A stretch of 58,412 nt of DNA from Acidimicrobiia bacterium (GTDB lineage: Bacteria > Actinomycetota > Acidimicrobiia > Spongiisociales > ZC4RG35), in NCBI GenBank assembly GCA_025922945.1, contig JAICGW010000002.1, forward strand, positions 1 through 58,412. The letters run 5' to 3'. The position numbers were made by a program, and so were the translations under genes. Below, piece after piece: positions 43,981 through 53,697 of the stretch. Each line of letters begins with the position of its first letter. Within the stretch, counting starts at the first letter, position 1. The notes under the pieces were generated by a model. It had not been told where the DNA came from and did not search any database. It saw nothing but the letters and a program-made list of their open reading frames with translations.

Positions 43981-44847
43981 GTGAACCGGGGAGCAAAATT
44001 GAGGCGAGCAATTTTCTTGGGAACGGCCACCGTCTTGTGGGTCGTAGCCCTGCAGTTCATCAGCGGCGCCATCGAGCCACCCCGAGAGGTTGACCTCACC
44101 GATCTCAACCTCACCGCGGAGCCCAAACCCCTCCCCACCAATCTGGTGTTTGCCCTCGACAGCAACATCGGTGTCGGGTTCCCGACCCTCGATCAGTTCT
44201 TCCGGCGGACGGGCAAATCACCCGCCTCGACCTTCAGCTCCTTTGGAGTCCCGGTGACGACGGCCGCCAGTTCCACCACGACCACCACGACCAGCACCAG
44301 CACGACGACCACCACCCAACCCGCTCCCGCTACCACCGCCCGCCCGGTCGCAACCACCGCGCCGCCCCCCACTACCGCGCCCCCAGCGACCACCGCCCCT
44401 CCCGCTACCACGGCTCCCCCCACGACGGCGCCACCCGCCACTACCCCACCCAACACTGCTCCTCCCACCACCGCCGCCCCGGCGGGGAGTTTCAACGCCG
44501 CCGCAGAGTCGGACTTCGCCTCCCGCATCAATGGACTACGAGCTTCGGTCGGGAAACCGGCCCTGGCTGGAAACGGCGAACTTCAGAACTACGCCCGCTG
44601 GTGGGCGAAGTACATGGCCGAGCACAACAGCTTCGCCCATTCCGACATCGGAACCCTTCTCAACCCCTGGACCATCGTGGGTGAGAACATCGGCGCCGGC
44701 GGCAACGTCGCCGGAATCTTCGGAGCATTGGTGAACAGCCCCGGGCACTACAACAACATGGTCGAGGCTCGATTCACGGCTGTTGGCGTCGGCGTCTACA
44801 TCGACGCCTCGGGCAAGTTATGGACTGCCCACGTGTTCGCCGGCTAG
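43981..44847 (+). CDS. membrane-anchored CAP/SCP (YkwD-like) domain protein with Thr/Pro-rich linker
   Basis: N-terminal TM helix, about 75 aa of T/P/A repeats, C-terminal CAP domain 'NYARWWAKYMAEHNSFAHS...GENIG....SPGHYNNMV'. Confidence 0.8.
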   Translation: MNRGAKLRRAIFLGTATVLWVVALQFISGAIEPPREVDLTDLNLTAEPKPLPTNLVFALDSNIGVGFPTLDQFFRRTGKSPASTFSSFGVPVTTAASSTTTTTTSTSTTTTTQPAPATTARPVATTAPPPTTAPPATTAPPATTAPPTTAPPATTPPNTAPPTTAAPAGSFNAAAESDFASRINGLRASVGKPALAGNGELQNYARWWAKYMAEHNSFAHSDIGTLLNPWTIVGENIGAGGNVAGIFGALVNSPGHYNNMVEARFTAVGVGVYIDASGKLWTAHVFAG

Positions 44848-44889
44848 TCCCCCGGAGTATCTGTCACTCAAGCGTTGTACTTTGAGTGA

Positions 44890-47877
44890 GTGACCTTGGA
44901 GAAGCCGGACCGGCGCATCGGGCCCTCCGATTGGGAGGAAGCCCTAGCCGCCACGGAAGGCCCACAGATAATCGTCGCCGGTCCCGGAACCGGAAAAACC
45001 GAGTTCCTCGTGCGTCGAGCGCGGTTCCTGATCGAGGAAGGGCTCGCCGACCCGGCTGAGGTCCTCGTCCTCACCTTCTCCCGTCGAACCGCCGCCGACA
45101 TCTCCTCCCGCTCATCTCGAGGACCTGTTCCGATCCCAGGAGTTGCCACTTACCACGCCTTTGCCCGGCGCCTCCTCGAGACGTACACCCCCACGAGCGG
45201 ACTGCCCGGGACAATCCCCACGCTGCTCACCACTCCCGAGCAGACGGCCTTGGTGCGTGAGCTGTTGGCCAAGGAAGATCCCACCGATTGGCCTGTCCCC
45301 CTCAGCGCGTTGCTCACATCTGCCACGCTCGCCACCGAGATCGCCGACTTCTTGCTGCGGTGTCAGGAGCGAATTGTCAGTCCCGAGGCGCTCGCCGGGC
45401 TCGCAGCCGGCTGGGATCGATGGCGAGCGTTGCCGCGATTCATGGAGCGGTACCTCGCCGAGCTGAAGGCCCGAAACCGCCTCGACTACGGCAGCATCCT
45501 CGCCCAGGCAATGAGCCTCCTCGAATCAGACGGCGTCAGGCGGGATGTCAGCCAGCAGTTTCGGTATCTCCTGGTTGACGAATATCAGGACACCTCCGCC
45601 GCCCAGGCGCGCTTGCTCGAGTTGCTCTCGGCCGAACACCGCAACATCACCGTCACCGGTGATCCCTATCAATCGATTTACTCCTTCCGCGGCGCCGACC
45701 TCGAAAACGTGGCCCTGTTCCCCGACCGATTCCGCTCCGCGGATGGGAGCCCGGCCCAGCGATTGATCCTCACCACCAGCTTCCGGGTTCCGGCTCAGAT
45801 CCTCGACAGCGCCTTGCGCATCGTTTCCGGCGGCGACCTCCCGGGAGGGGCGGGAAAAGTCACCCCGGCTCCCCATCTGGGCCGGGTCGAGGCCTATGTC
45901 TTCGATCAGGCGAGCGGCGAAGCCGATTGGATCGCCGGAAAGCTCGAGCGACTTCATCTCGAGGGCCGGATCCCGTATTCCCGGATGGCGGTGTTGGTCC
46001 GATCCAGTCGCCACTTGTTGCCCGAGCTCTCGCGCGCCCTCGAACGCCGCCAGATCGGCCACCTGCGTCCCGATCGTCGTTTGAACGACCATCCCGCGGT
46101 GCGGATCATCTTCGATCTCGCCATCGCCGCGTTCGCCCAGTCCCAAGAGACCGGTCCGGGCTGGGCGGAGGAAGCCGATCAGGCGATGCGACGCCTCCTG
46201 CTGGGGCCGCTGCTCTCCATATCGCTCGGTCGCGAGAGGGAATTGCTCCGAGAACGACGCCGGACCCGAAGGTCGTGGAGCGACATACTGGCGGCCAGCG
46301 GGGTTGGTTCGCCCGAGCTTCGCCAGCTTCTCGCCGATCCCCAATGGTGTCGGGGAAGCTCCGCCGCCAATGGGTTCTGGCAGGTGTGGAGGACTCTTCC
46401 CGAACTCGTCACTCTGGTCGAAGATCCCGAGTGCGGGGACTTTCGACGAGCGTGGACCGAGCTCTCCCAGGCTCTCGATCAGCAACGTGAGCGCGACGCG
46501 TCGGTCGATCTGATCGAGTATGAGCGCCTCTCGAGTCAGGATGACTTCGAGGCGGTTCCGCTGCTTTCGATCGAACCGGGTCAAGGCGACCAACTAACTC
46601 TGACGACATTGCATCAGGCCAAGGGTCTTGAATTCGACGTCGTCATCATCGCTGACGCCGCTGAAGGCGTCTTCCCCAGTCTCCAGCGGCGTAACGCCCT
46701 CCTCCGGCCCGATCGGCTCAACCCGGGGGCCAGCGCGGAAGAGGCGGTCCGCTTTCGACTTCAGGAGGAAATGAGGTTGGCCTACACGGCCATGACCCGC
46801 GCCCGCAGCCAGGTCATCTGGACGGCCACCGCCGCCGCTATCGATGAGGGAGAACGGAGACCGTCGCGATTTCTCCTGGCCGCCAGCGGCGCGGCCTCAT
46901 TCGACGATCTCGGCCCCCCGGGCGCCGACCCCATCCCAGTGACGGCGGCTGAATTGCAAGCTCTACTCCGTCTCACGGTTTCAGATCCCACCGCCCCTCA
47001 GCCCGAACGGCTGGCGGCGCTTTCGGTGCTCGCCGCCCCCGGTCAGACACTGTGGGACGCCCGCCGATTTGCGGGAACCGCCGAAAAGGGGCCAGACACC
47101 GGCGTTATCACACTGCCTCTGCGGATGGCTCCGACGAGTGCTCAGAGCTATGAGGACTGCCCGCGCCGCTACGTCTTCGAGCGACATCTCGAGGCCACCG
47201 ACGTTGCCAGCCCCTACGCCCACTACGGAAGCCTGATCCATCTCGTGCTCGAACGGGCCGAGAGCGCAGCCATCGATTCGGGGCGGCCGCGCGCTCGGGT
47301 CGACGAGGCGCTCGACGAATTGGAACGAGTGTGGTCAGAACTGGCCGACTTTGGATCCCCGATCCTCAACGACGCCTGGAAGGCCAAGGGCAGAAAACTC
47401 ATCACGAATCTCTATGAGAACTGGCCCGGTAACGGCGCCATCGGGATCAGAACCGAGAAGAAAGTGACTGCCGACATCGGCAACGTGGTGTGGCGGGGAA
47501 GGATCGACCGCATCGAGCAGCCTGCCCCTGGACAGCTCCGCATCGTCGACTACAAGACCGGCACTCAGCAGCCGTCGATCTCCGAAGCCGCCTCGTCGCT
47601 CCAACTCGGCTTCTACCTGCTGGCGGTCAAGACCGACCCCGAGCTTTCCGCCCTTGGTGACGCCACCGAGGCCGAGCTCTGGTATCCCGAATGCCAGCAG
47701 CCGCGCCGCAAGTTCGATTACGCCAATCTGAAATCGGTCATCGATCGGCTCGGGGCCCTGACCGGAGGAATCCTCAACGAGCAATGGGATCCCAAGCCAG
47801 GCAAGCAGTGTGAGCGATGCGGGGTGCGCCTGGTTTGTCCCGCCTGGCCCGAAGGTCGGGAGGGATTCCGCCTGTGA
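44890..47877 (+). CDS. adnA: helicase-nuclease subunit AdnA (UvrD-like motor + RecB nuclease)
   Basis: 995 aa. 'VAGPGTGKT', 'LLVDEYQDTS', C-terminal 'GRIDRIE....LRIVDYKTG' and 'CERCGVRLVCPAW'. First gene of the pair, as in mycobacteria. Confidence 0.85.
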   Translation: MTLEKPDRRIGPSDWEEALAATEGPQIIVAGPGTGKTEFLVRRARFLIEEGLADPAEVLVLTFSRRTAADISSRSSRGPVPIPGVATYHAFARRLLETYTPTSGLPGTIPTLLTTPEQTALVRELLAKEDPTDWPVPLSALLTSATLATEIADFLLRCQERIVSPEALAGLAAGWDRWRALPRFMERYLAELKARNRLDYGSILAQAMSLLESDGVRRDVSQQFRYLLVDEYQDTSAAQARLLELLSAEHRNITVTGDPYQSIYSFRGADLENVALFPDRFRSADGSPAQRLILTTSFRVPAQILDSALRIVSGGDLPGGAGKVTPAPHLGRVEAYVFDQASGEADWIAGKLERLHLEGRIPYSRMAVLVRSSRHLLPELSRALERRQIGHLRPDRRLNDHPAVRIIFDLAIAAFAQSQETGPGWAEEADQAMRRLLLGPLLSISLGRERELLRERRRTRRSWSDILAASGVGSPELRQLLADPQWCRGSSAANGFWQVWRTLPELVTLVEDPECGDFRRAWTELSQALDQQRERDASVDLIEYERLSSQDDFEAVPLLSIEPGQGDQLTLTTLHQAKGLEFDVVIIADAAEGVFPSLQRRNALLRPDRLNPGASAEEAVRFRLQEEMRLAYTAMTRARSQVIWTATAAAIDEGERRPSRFLLAASGAASFDDLGPPGADPIPVTAAELQALLRLTVSDPTAPQPERLAALSVLAAPGQTLWDARRFAGTAEKGPDTGVITLPLRMAPTSAQSYEDCPRRYVFERHLEATDVASPYAHYGSLIHLVLERAESAAIDSGRPRARVDEALDELERVWSELADFGSPILNDAWKAKGRKLITNLYENWPGNGAIGIRTEKKVTADIGNVVWRGRIDRIEQPAPGQLRIVDYKTGTQQPSISEAASSLQLGFYLLAVKTDPELSALGDATEAELWYPECQQPRRKFDYANLKSVIDRLGALTGGILNEQWDPKPGKQCERCGVRLVCPAWPEGREGFRL

Positions 47878-50800
47878 TCGTCCCTACCGCTGAACAGCTG
47901 ACTGTCGTTGAGCATCCACTCGAGCCGCTCCGGGTCGAAGCCGGTGCCGGGACCGGCAAGACGGCCACTATTGCCATGCGGGTAGTTCACCTCGTTAACA
48001 AGGTTGGCCTCGAGCCCGAGTCGATTTTGGGGATCACCTTCACCAACAAGGCCGCGGCCGAACTGGCCGACCGCATCAGGGCCGCCCTGGGGACGACCTC
48101 GAACCTCGATCCTGGTCGGGAAGTCGAAGTCCACACCTACCACGGCTTTGCCCACCAGCTCCTGCGTGAGTACGGGGCGCTGGTGGAAGTGGAGCGAAGC
48201 ACCGAGGTCATCACTCCCACCTTCTCCCGCCAACTCATCGAGGTGGTAATGGCCAACGTCGAGCTCCCGGCCCTGAACCCGGCCAACCGGGGGAATGTGG
48301 ACGACATTCGCCGCCTCGGCTCCGCACTCGGCGACAATCTGCTGGAACCGCATCAGATCGACATTCCATCCACCCTTGATCAGGCCTGGTCGACGCGGGC
48401 CTCCCTCCTCAAAGGCCTCGGGGCGTACCAGCAGGAGAAGCGCCGCCGGGGAGTGGTCGACTACTCCGACCTCATCCTCCGTGCTCAGCAGCTGGTGAGC
48501 AAGTATCCCGAAGTCGCCAACGAATTCCGCTCTCGCTATCGCGCGGTGATGCTCGACGAATATCAGGACACGAACCCCGCCCAGCGCGAGCTTCTTCGTC
48601 TGCTCTTCGGTGATGGCTTCCCGGTGATGGCCGTGGGCGACATCGATCAGACTATCTATGAGTGGCGCGGGGCCTCCCCCCACAACTTCGCCCAGTTTCC
48701 AACCCACTTTCCCCGGTCCGATGGCCAGCCGGCCCCAACCCGCTCTTTGACCCTCAACCGTCGTTCCCTGCCGGCGATTCTTTCGGTAGCCAATGCCGTC
48801 CGGGAGAAGACCGGGTCCGGGCAAAAACTCCTGCGCCCCCTCGACGGCTCAATCGGTGGCGAGGTTGCGGCTTCGTGGCATGACGATGCGGTGGCCGAAG
48901 CCGAAGACATCGCCCGCCGAATCCAGGAGCTCTCCTCAGCCTACGAATGGCGCGACATGGCGGTGCTGTTCCGGAAGAACAAAGACATGACCTTGGTCCA
49001 CGATGCCTTGCGGGCGGCCGAGATCCCCGTCGAGGTCGCCAACCTCGGTGGCCTTCTGGCCGTACCCGAAGTCACAGACGTCCATGCCTGGTTGCGCCTC
49101 TTGCAGGTTCCCGAGGACTCGCCGGCGTTGTACCGGATCTTGCTCGGGTCGCGTTTCCGCTTGGGACTCGGTGATCTGGCTCATCTCTCCAACTGGGCCC
49201 GAGGTCTCAACTGGGACGCTGACGAGGAAGCGACCGTCCCCCAGCACACGTTGCTCGAGGCGATCGACCACCTGGACGATCTCGATGGCTTGCGACCGGC
49301 GGCGCGTGTCGCGCTCGAGAGATTTCGTGAGGAGTACCGATCACTGCTCGCCACCGCTCAGGGCGTTTCGCTCGTCGAGCTTTGTCGCCAGATCCTCGAC
49401 CGCACCGGCGCCTGGAACGATCTCGCCGCCATGCCGGCCAGCACCCAACTCTCCGCCCGTCTCAACCTCTACCGGTTCCTCGACCTCACCGAGGACTGGA
49501 GCCCCCTCGAGGGCGCCCCTTCGCTGGGAGCCTTCCTGCGCCATCTCGAGGCGATGGCCGAGGAACGGTCTGAGGAGCTCGACACCGCCCGGCTCTCGGG
49601 CGAGAACGCAGTGACCCTGGTCACGGTCCACCGGGCCAAGGGCCTCGAATGGGATGTGGTTTTCCTTCCCGCTTGCTACCAGGGCAACTTCCCCACCCGA
49701 TCACAAGGCTTCGACAACCCGCTCACCAACGGTCGCTATCTCCCCTACGAATACCGCCTCGACCAACAGTGGCTGCCACCTATCGGCCGCGAGCGCACCG
49801 ATGCCGAGAACAAGGATCTCCTCAGGGCCGCGCACGAACAGCAGGAGTGGCGGATCGCCTACGTCGCCACCACTAGGCCCCGCCAGCGGCTTTTTGTCAG
49901 CGGCGCCTACTGGTACGGCGCCTCCGAAACCAACGCCAGAGCCGTAGGGCCCAGCGAGGTGTGGACTCTCATTGCCGCCCAACCCGGGACCCGGGTCGAC
50001 TCACGTCCCCTCAAGGCTCCACCGCAGCCCTCCCTGCTGCGTTTTGAGCCGGACGCGGCGGCTCCCGACCCTCTCTTTCTCGATGGCTGGGAACAAGCGC
50101 TGCGCAACGAGCTGACGACGCCGGGCTGGGCCCGAGCTCTCGCCGGCGATGAAACCTCAGTCGACCGGAAGCGGACTGAATTCGAGCAGATGATCCTCGA
50201 TCTCCCGGTTCCGCTGGCCGAACCTTCCGAGCACTCGGTGTCCACGTCCGTCACCGGTCTCGTCACGTATGCGTCTTGTCCGCGGCGATTCTTCTGGTCG
50301 GAAATCGAACGGCTACCCCGGATGTCCAGCCAGCAGGCTCGCGCCGGCACCATGGTCCATCGAGCGATCGAGCTCCACAACCGTGGCCACATCCCGCTCG
50401 AGGATGTCGACTGGAACTCTGTCGATCCCTTCGAAGTCAGCGGTGAGCGTCCCGAATCCAGCTGGTCGCGCTTCCAGCGCAGTCGCTTCGCCCAGGTCCC
50501 TCCGATCATGATCGAGCATCAGTTCGTGATGAGGGTGGGGGCAATCGAAGTCAAAGGGCGAATCGATGCCGTCTACGACGGAGGAGGGTGGGAGATCGTG
50601 GACTTCAAGACCGGGTCTCCGGCACCAGACGAAGCCACCAATGAGGCGCGCATCGTTCAGCTCCAGGCTTATGCCAGCGCGGCTCGCGGCGGTCACCTGG
50701 GAAGACGAGCGCCGGAATCACTTCAGGTCACATTCGCCTATTTCGGGTCGCGCCCCGCCGAGAGCACTTATGCCGTGGACGCTCAATGGGAGAAAACCGC

Positions 50801-50933
50801 CGCCGAGCGACTGCAATCTCTGGCGGGCGGCATCGAGGCGAAGGAGTGGACGCCGACGCCGTCGATGGGGTGTTACTCCTGTGACTTCGTCCGCTTTTGT
50901 CCCGCCGGCCGCGCCTTTACCCAGCGCGTTTGA
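47874..50933 (+). CDS. adnB: helicase-nuclease subunit AdnB
   Basis: 'AGAGTGKT', 'VMLDEYQDTN', 'VTVHRAKGLEWD', nuclease 'GRIDAVY...WEIVDFKTG', 'CYSCDFVRFCPAG'. GTG 47874 overlaps the adnA TGA (GTGA). Confidence 0.87.
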   Translation: MIVPTAEQLTVVEHPLEPLRVEAGAGTGKTATIAMRVVHLVNKVGLEPESILGITFTNKAAAELADRIRAALGTTSNLDPGREVEVHTYHGFAHQLLREYGALVEVERSTEVITPTFSRQLIEVVMANVELPALNPANRGNVDDIRRLGSALGDNLLEPHQIDIPSTLDQAWSTRASLLKGLGAYQQEKRRRGVVDYSDLILRAQQLVSKYPEVANEFRSRYRAVMLDEYQDTNPAQRELLRLLFGDGFPVMAVGDIDQTIYEWRGASPHNFAQFPTHFPRSDGQPAPTRSLTLNRRSLPAILSVANAVREKTGSGQKLLRPLDGSIGGEVAASWHDDAVAEAEDIARRIQELSSAYEWRDMAVLFRKNKDMTLVHDALRAAEIPVEVANLGGLLAVPEVTDVHAWLRLLQVPEDSPALYRILLGSRFRLGLGDLAHLSNWARGLNWDADEEATVPQHTLLEAIDHLDDLDGLRPAARVALERFREEYRSLLATAQGVSLVELCRQILDRTGAWNDLAAMPASTQLSARLNLYRFLDLTEDWSPLEGAPSLGAFLRHLEAMAEERSEELDTARLSGENAVTLVTVHRAKGLEWDVVFLPACYQGNFPTRSQGFDNPLTNGRYLPYEYRLDQQWLPPIGRERTDAENKDLLRAAHEQQEWRIAYVATTRPRQRLFVSGAYWYGASETNARAVGPSEVWTLIAAQPGTRVDSRPLKAPPQPSLLRFEPDAAAPDPLFLDGWEQALRNELTTPGWARALAGDETSVDRKRTEFEQMILDLPVPLAEPSEHSVSTSVTGLVTYASCPRRFFWSEIERLPRMSSQQARAGTMVHRAIELHNRGHIPLEDVDWNSVDPFEVSGERPESSWSRFQRSRFAQVPPIMIEHQFVMRVGAIEVKGRIDAVYDGGGWEIVDFKTGSPAPDEATNEARIVQLQAYASAARGGHLGRRAPESLQVTFAYFGSRPAESTYAVDAQWEKTAAERLQSLAGGIEAKEWTPTPSMGCYSCDFVRFCPAGRAFTQRV

Positions 50934-50939
50934 GCCCGG

Positions 50940-51398
50940 TCACAGCACCCGGCCGTCAAGCGTCTCGACCAGAATCGTCACCGGTCCCTCGTTGACCAAC
51001 TCGACCTCCATCTTGGCTCCGAAGCTGCCGCGAGCCACCGGGAGCCTGCGCTCCTCGAGGGAGCTGGCGACGAGTTCGATCAATGGCTGAGCCTGATCTG
51101 GTCGGGCGGCGCCGGTGAATGATGGACGGCGCCCCCGGGACACATCCCCGTAGAGGGTGAACTGACTTATCACCAGGACTTCGCCAGAAACATCGGTGAC
51201 CGAGCGGTTCATGTGGTCGTCTTCATCACCGAAGATCCGAAGGCCGGCCACTTTCTCGGCTATCGCTCGGGCGTCCTTCTCGGTGTCGTCGTGAGATGCC
51301 GCCACCAGCACCAACAACCCCTGGCCGATGGATCCGACGACCGCTCCTGCCACCAAGACCCGGGCACGCTTGACCCGCTGAACCACCGCCCGCACCAT
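50940..51398 (-). CDS. dtd: D-aminoacyl-tRNA deacylase
   Basis: 'MVRAVVQRV..A.V', 'GLLVLV', 'SQFTLYGD' and 'GAKMEVELVNEGPVTI' match Dtd. ATG 51398 chosen. Confidence 0.9.
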   Translation of the reverse strand: MVRAVVQRVKRARVLVAGAVVGSIGQGLLVLVAASHDDTEKDARAIAEKVAGLRIFGDEDDHMNRSVTDVSGEVLVISQFTLYGDVSRGRRPSFTGAARPDQAQPLIELVASSLEERRLPVARGSFGAKMEVELVNEGPVTILVETLDGRVL

Positions 51399-51432
51399 CG
51401 CAGTTTGACACCGAGGCCATAACATCGAAGGG

Positions 51433-53697
51433 GTGTGGCCACAGGACGCCCCCACGAAAGGCTCGGTGGTGGTGCTGGCCGACGCCGCGAGCCAGGTCGA
51501 AATGAGGCTGATCGAGGAGTGGTTGGGTGCTAATCAACCGCCCGAGATCACAACGGAAGTAATCCGGCTCGCTCCTTCCCGTCGCCGCAAGCCCGGCCAG
51601 CGCACGGAAGCCCGGCTCGTCGAGTTGTTGCCAGGAGACGATTTCCTCCTTCCCCTGCGGGTGGTTTGGTCGCCGGCGGCGAGGGCGGGCGAACGGAAGG
51701 TCTCCTGGTGGGACGTCCTCAAGCTGGGCGATCCCCGCGATCCCGACGCACTCCGTCAGCGGGTGATCCTGGCCCGCTGGCCGGACCGGGTGACGGTCGT
51801 GGCCGGCAAGGGGTCCAGGGCCGCTGCCCTGCCGGCCGAGCACGAGGGGAGCGATCTTTCCCTGGTGGAGTGGACGACCCGACGGGCGTGGCGGGCTCTG
51901 GACATTTCCGAGCGGGCGCTGCGCGGCGACCGTTACAAGGTCCCGCGCTTTTTGCACGAGGAGATCACCTCCCAGCCGGCGTTTCGCCGGGAATCGGTCG
52001 CACTTGGAGCCCGGCGCAAGCTCCCGGAAGCGATCGCCGTCGCCCGGGCGAAGTATTACCTGACGGAGATTGCGGCCTCCCCCAGTGCTTTCGTGATCGA
52101 CCTCTCCGCGAACGTAATCAGCTGGGTCATCCGTCAGGGATATGGCGAGATGGCATACGACAGGGTCCAGGTGGAGGACATCAACTCTCTGGGACGGGAA
52201 TGGCCGCTGGCATTCCTCCCTTCGCACCGATCGAATCTCGATCGCCTGGTCCTCCAGTTGGTGAAATGGGAGAACGACCTCCCGCCCAATCACACGGCCG
52301 GCGGCATCAACATGAATTTCTTCCCGGTCGGCCCCTGGGTCCGGCGGACCGGGGTCTTCTTCATCCGGCGCAGCTTCCGCAACAACGACCTCTACAAGTT
52401 CGTCCTCCGCACCTACCTCGACTATCTGGTGGAAAACCGGTTTCCGCTCGAGTGGTACATGGAGGGTGGACGTTCCCGGACCGGCAAGCTCTTACCGCCC
52501 CGCTACGGGCTTCTCGCCTATGTCGTCGATTCCTGGCGCCGGGGAAAGAGCGAAGACGTAATGCTGGTGCCGGTGTCCATTGTCTATGACCAAATCCAGG
52601 ATCTGGGCTCTTACACCACCGAAGCCCAGGGCGGAGCGAAAGAAGCCGAGTCGATGGGTTGGGCACTGCGCTACGTGCGCTCGCTCCGACGTCGCTACGG
52701 CAACATCTACCTTCGATTCGGTGAGCCGATCTCGGTAGCGAAAGCCATGACAGGAGCCGAGATTGAAGAGGGCTCGACCGCCCTTGCCAAGCTGGCTCTC
52801 GAGGTCATGCACCGAATTGGTGCCGTGACTCCCATCACCCCGGCTTCCGTGCTTGCAATCGCCCTGCTGGCCGCCGGGGGCGAAGCGCGCACCCAGTCTG
52901 AGCTTGCTTCATTCTGCGAGGGGCTCGACGAGCTGGTCGAACAGCTCGGCCTCCCCACGACCGAGCCCCTGAGGCTCGAGGACGAGGCTGAGGTCGGCAA
53001 GGTGCTGCGGCTTCTCGCCGAGCACCACAACGTCAGTGCCTTCGAGGGAACAGAGTTGGTCTACTACCTCAATCCGCAACAGTCGCTGAGGGCCTCCTAC
53101 TACCGAAACTTGATGGCCCATCATTTCCTCGGCCGCGCCGTCTTGGAGCTTGCTCTCCAGGGCCTCGATCCCACCCGGCCCGTCAACGAGGCCGAGCTGT
53201 TGGCGAGCGTCGCCGCCTTGCGGGATTTGCTCAAGTTCGAGTACTTCTTCCCGGAGAAGGAAGCGTTCGTGGATTCGATCACCGCCGACCTTCGGAGGAG
53301 CGCACCGAGGTGGCAGGGATCGAAGCCCGCCACTGTGCTCGCCAAACTCCACCCTCCGACCCTCGGCTGGGTGATCCGGCCCTCCCTGCAGTCGTATCTG
53401 GTTGTCGCCGACGAGCTCCTCGCTCGCCCGGACGCCATCGGCGACGAGAAGGCATTCATCACCGCCTGTCTCAAACGCGGCGAGCAATACCGATTGCAAG
53501 GCATTATCGGAGCCGACGGGGTTTCAGCGGTTGTCTTCAAGCAGGCGCTGGCATTGGCCCGCAACCGGGAGCTCGTCGAATCTCCGGCGGGAAGGGCCGA
53601 TTTCGCCGCCGAAATTCGTTCGGCCCTAGGGGCGAGTGATCGCCCGCCGAAGGCGCCACGAGGCGGCCAGAAGGAGCACCAGGGCGTAGGCGGCTAA
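51433..53697 (+). CDS. plsB: glycerol-3-phosphate acyltransferase PlsB-like
   Basis: 754 aa. Acyltransferase HX4D block 'PSHRSNLDRLVL', 'FFIRRSF', 'YMEGGRSRTGKLL' and 'VPVSIVYD'. Confidence 0.88.
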   Translation: MWPQDAPTKGSVVVLADAASQVEMRLIEEWLGANQPPEITTEVIRLAPSRRRKPGQRTEARLVELLPGDDFLLPLRVVWSPAARAGERKVSWWDVLKLGDPRDPDALRQRVILARWPDRVTVVAGKGSRAAALPAEHEGSDLSLVEWTTRRAWRALDISERALRGDRYKVPRFLHEEITSQPAFRRESVALGARRKLPEAIAVARAKYYLTEIAASPSAFVIDLSANVISWVIRQGYGEMAYDRVQVEDINSLGREWPLAFLPSHRSNLDRLVLQLVKWENDLPPNHTAGGINMNFFPVGPWVRRTGVFFIRRSFRNNDLYKFVLRTYLDYLVENRFPLEWYMEGGRSRTGKLLPPRYGLLAYVVDSWRRGKSEDVMLVPVSIVYDQIQDLGSYTTEAQGGAKEAESMGWALRYVRSLRRRYGNIYLRFGEPISVAKAMTGAEIEEGSTALAKLALEVMHRIGAVTPITPASVLAIALLAAGGEARTQSELASFCEGLDELVEQLGLPTTEPLRLEDEAEVGKVLRLLAEHHNVSAFEGTELVYYLNPQQSLRASYYRNLMAHHFLGRAVLELALQGLDPTRPVNEAELLASVAALRDLLKFEYFFPEKEAFVDSITADLRRSAPRWQGSKPATVLAKLHPPTLGWVIRPSLQSYLVVADELLARPDAIGDEKAFITACLKRGEQYRLQGIIGADGVSAVVFKQALALARNRELVESPAGRADFAAEIRSALGASDRPPKAPRGGQKEHQGVGG

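Noticed and set aside
44257-44484. Repetitive ACC/CCC/GCC DNA as a possible CRISPR or tandem-repeat locus
   Set aside because: It lies in frame inside a CAP-domain gene and encodes a Thr/Pro linker. The repeats are short and degenerate with no spacer structure.
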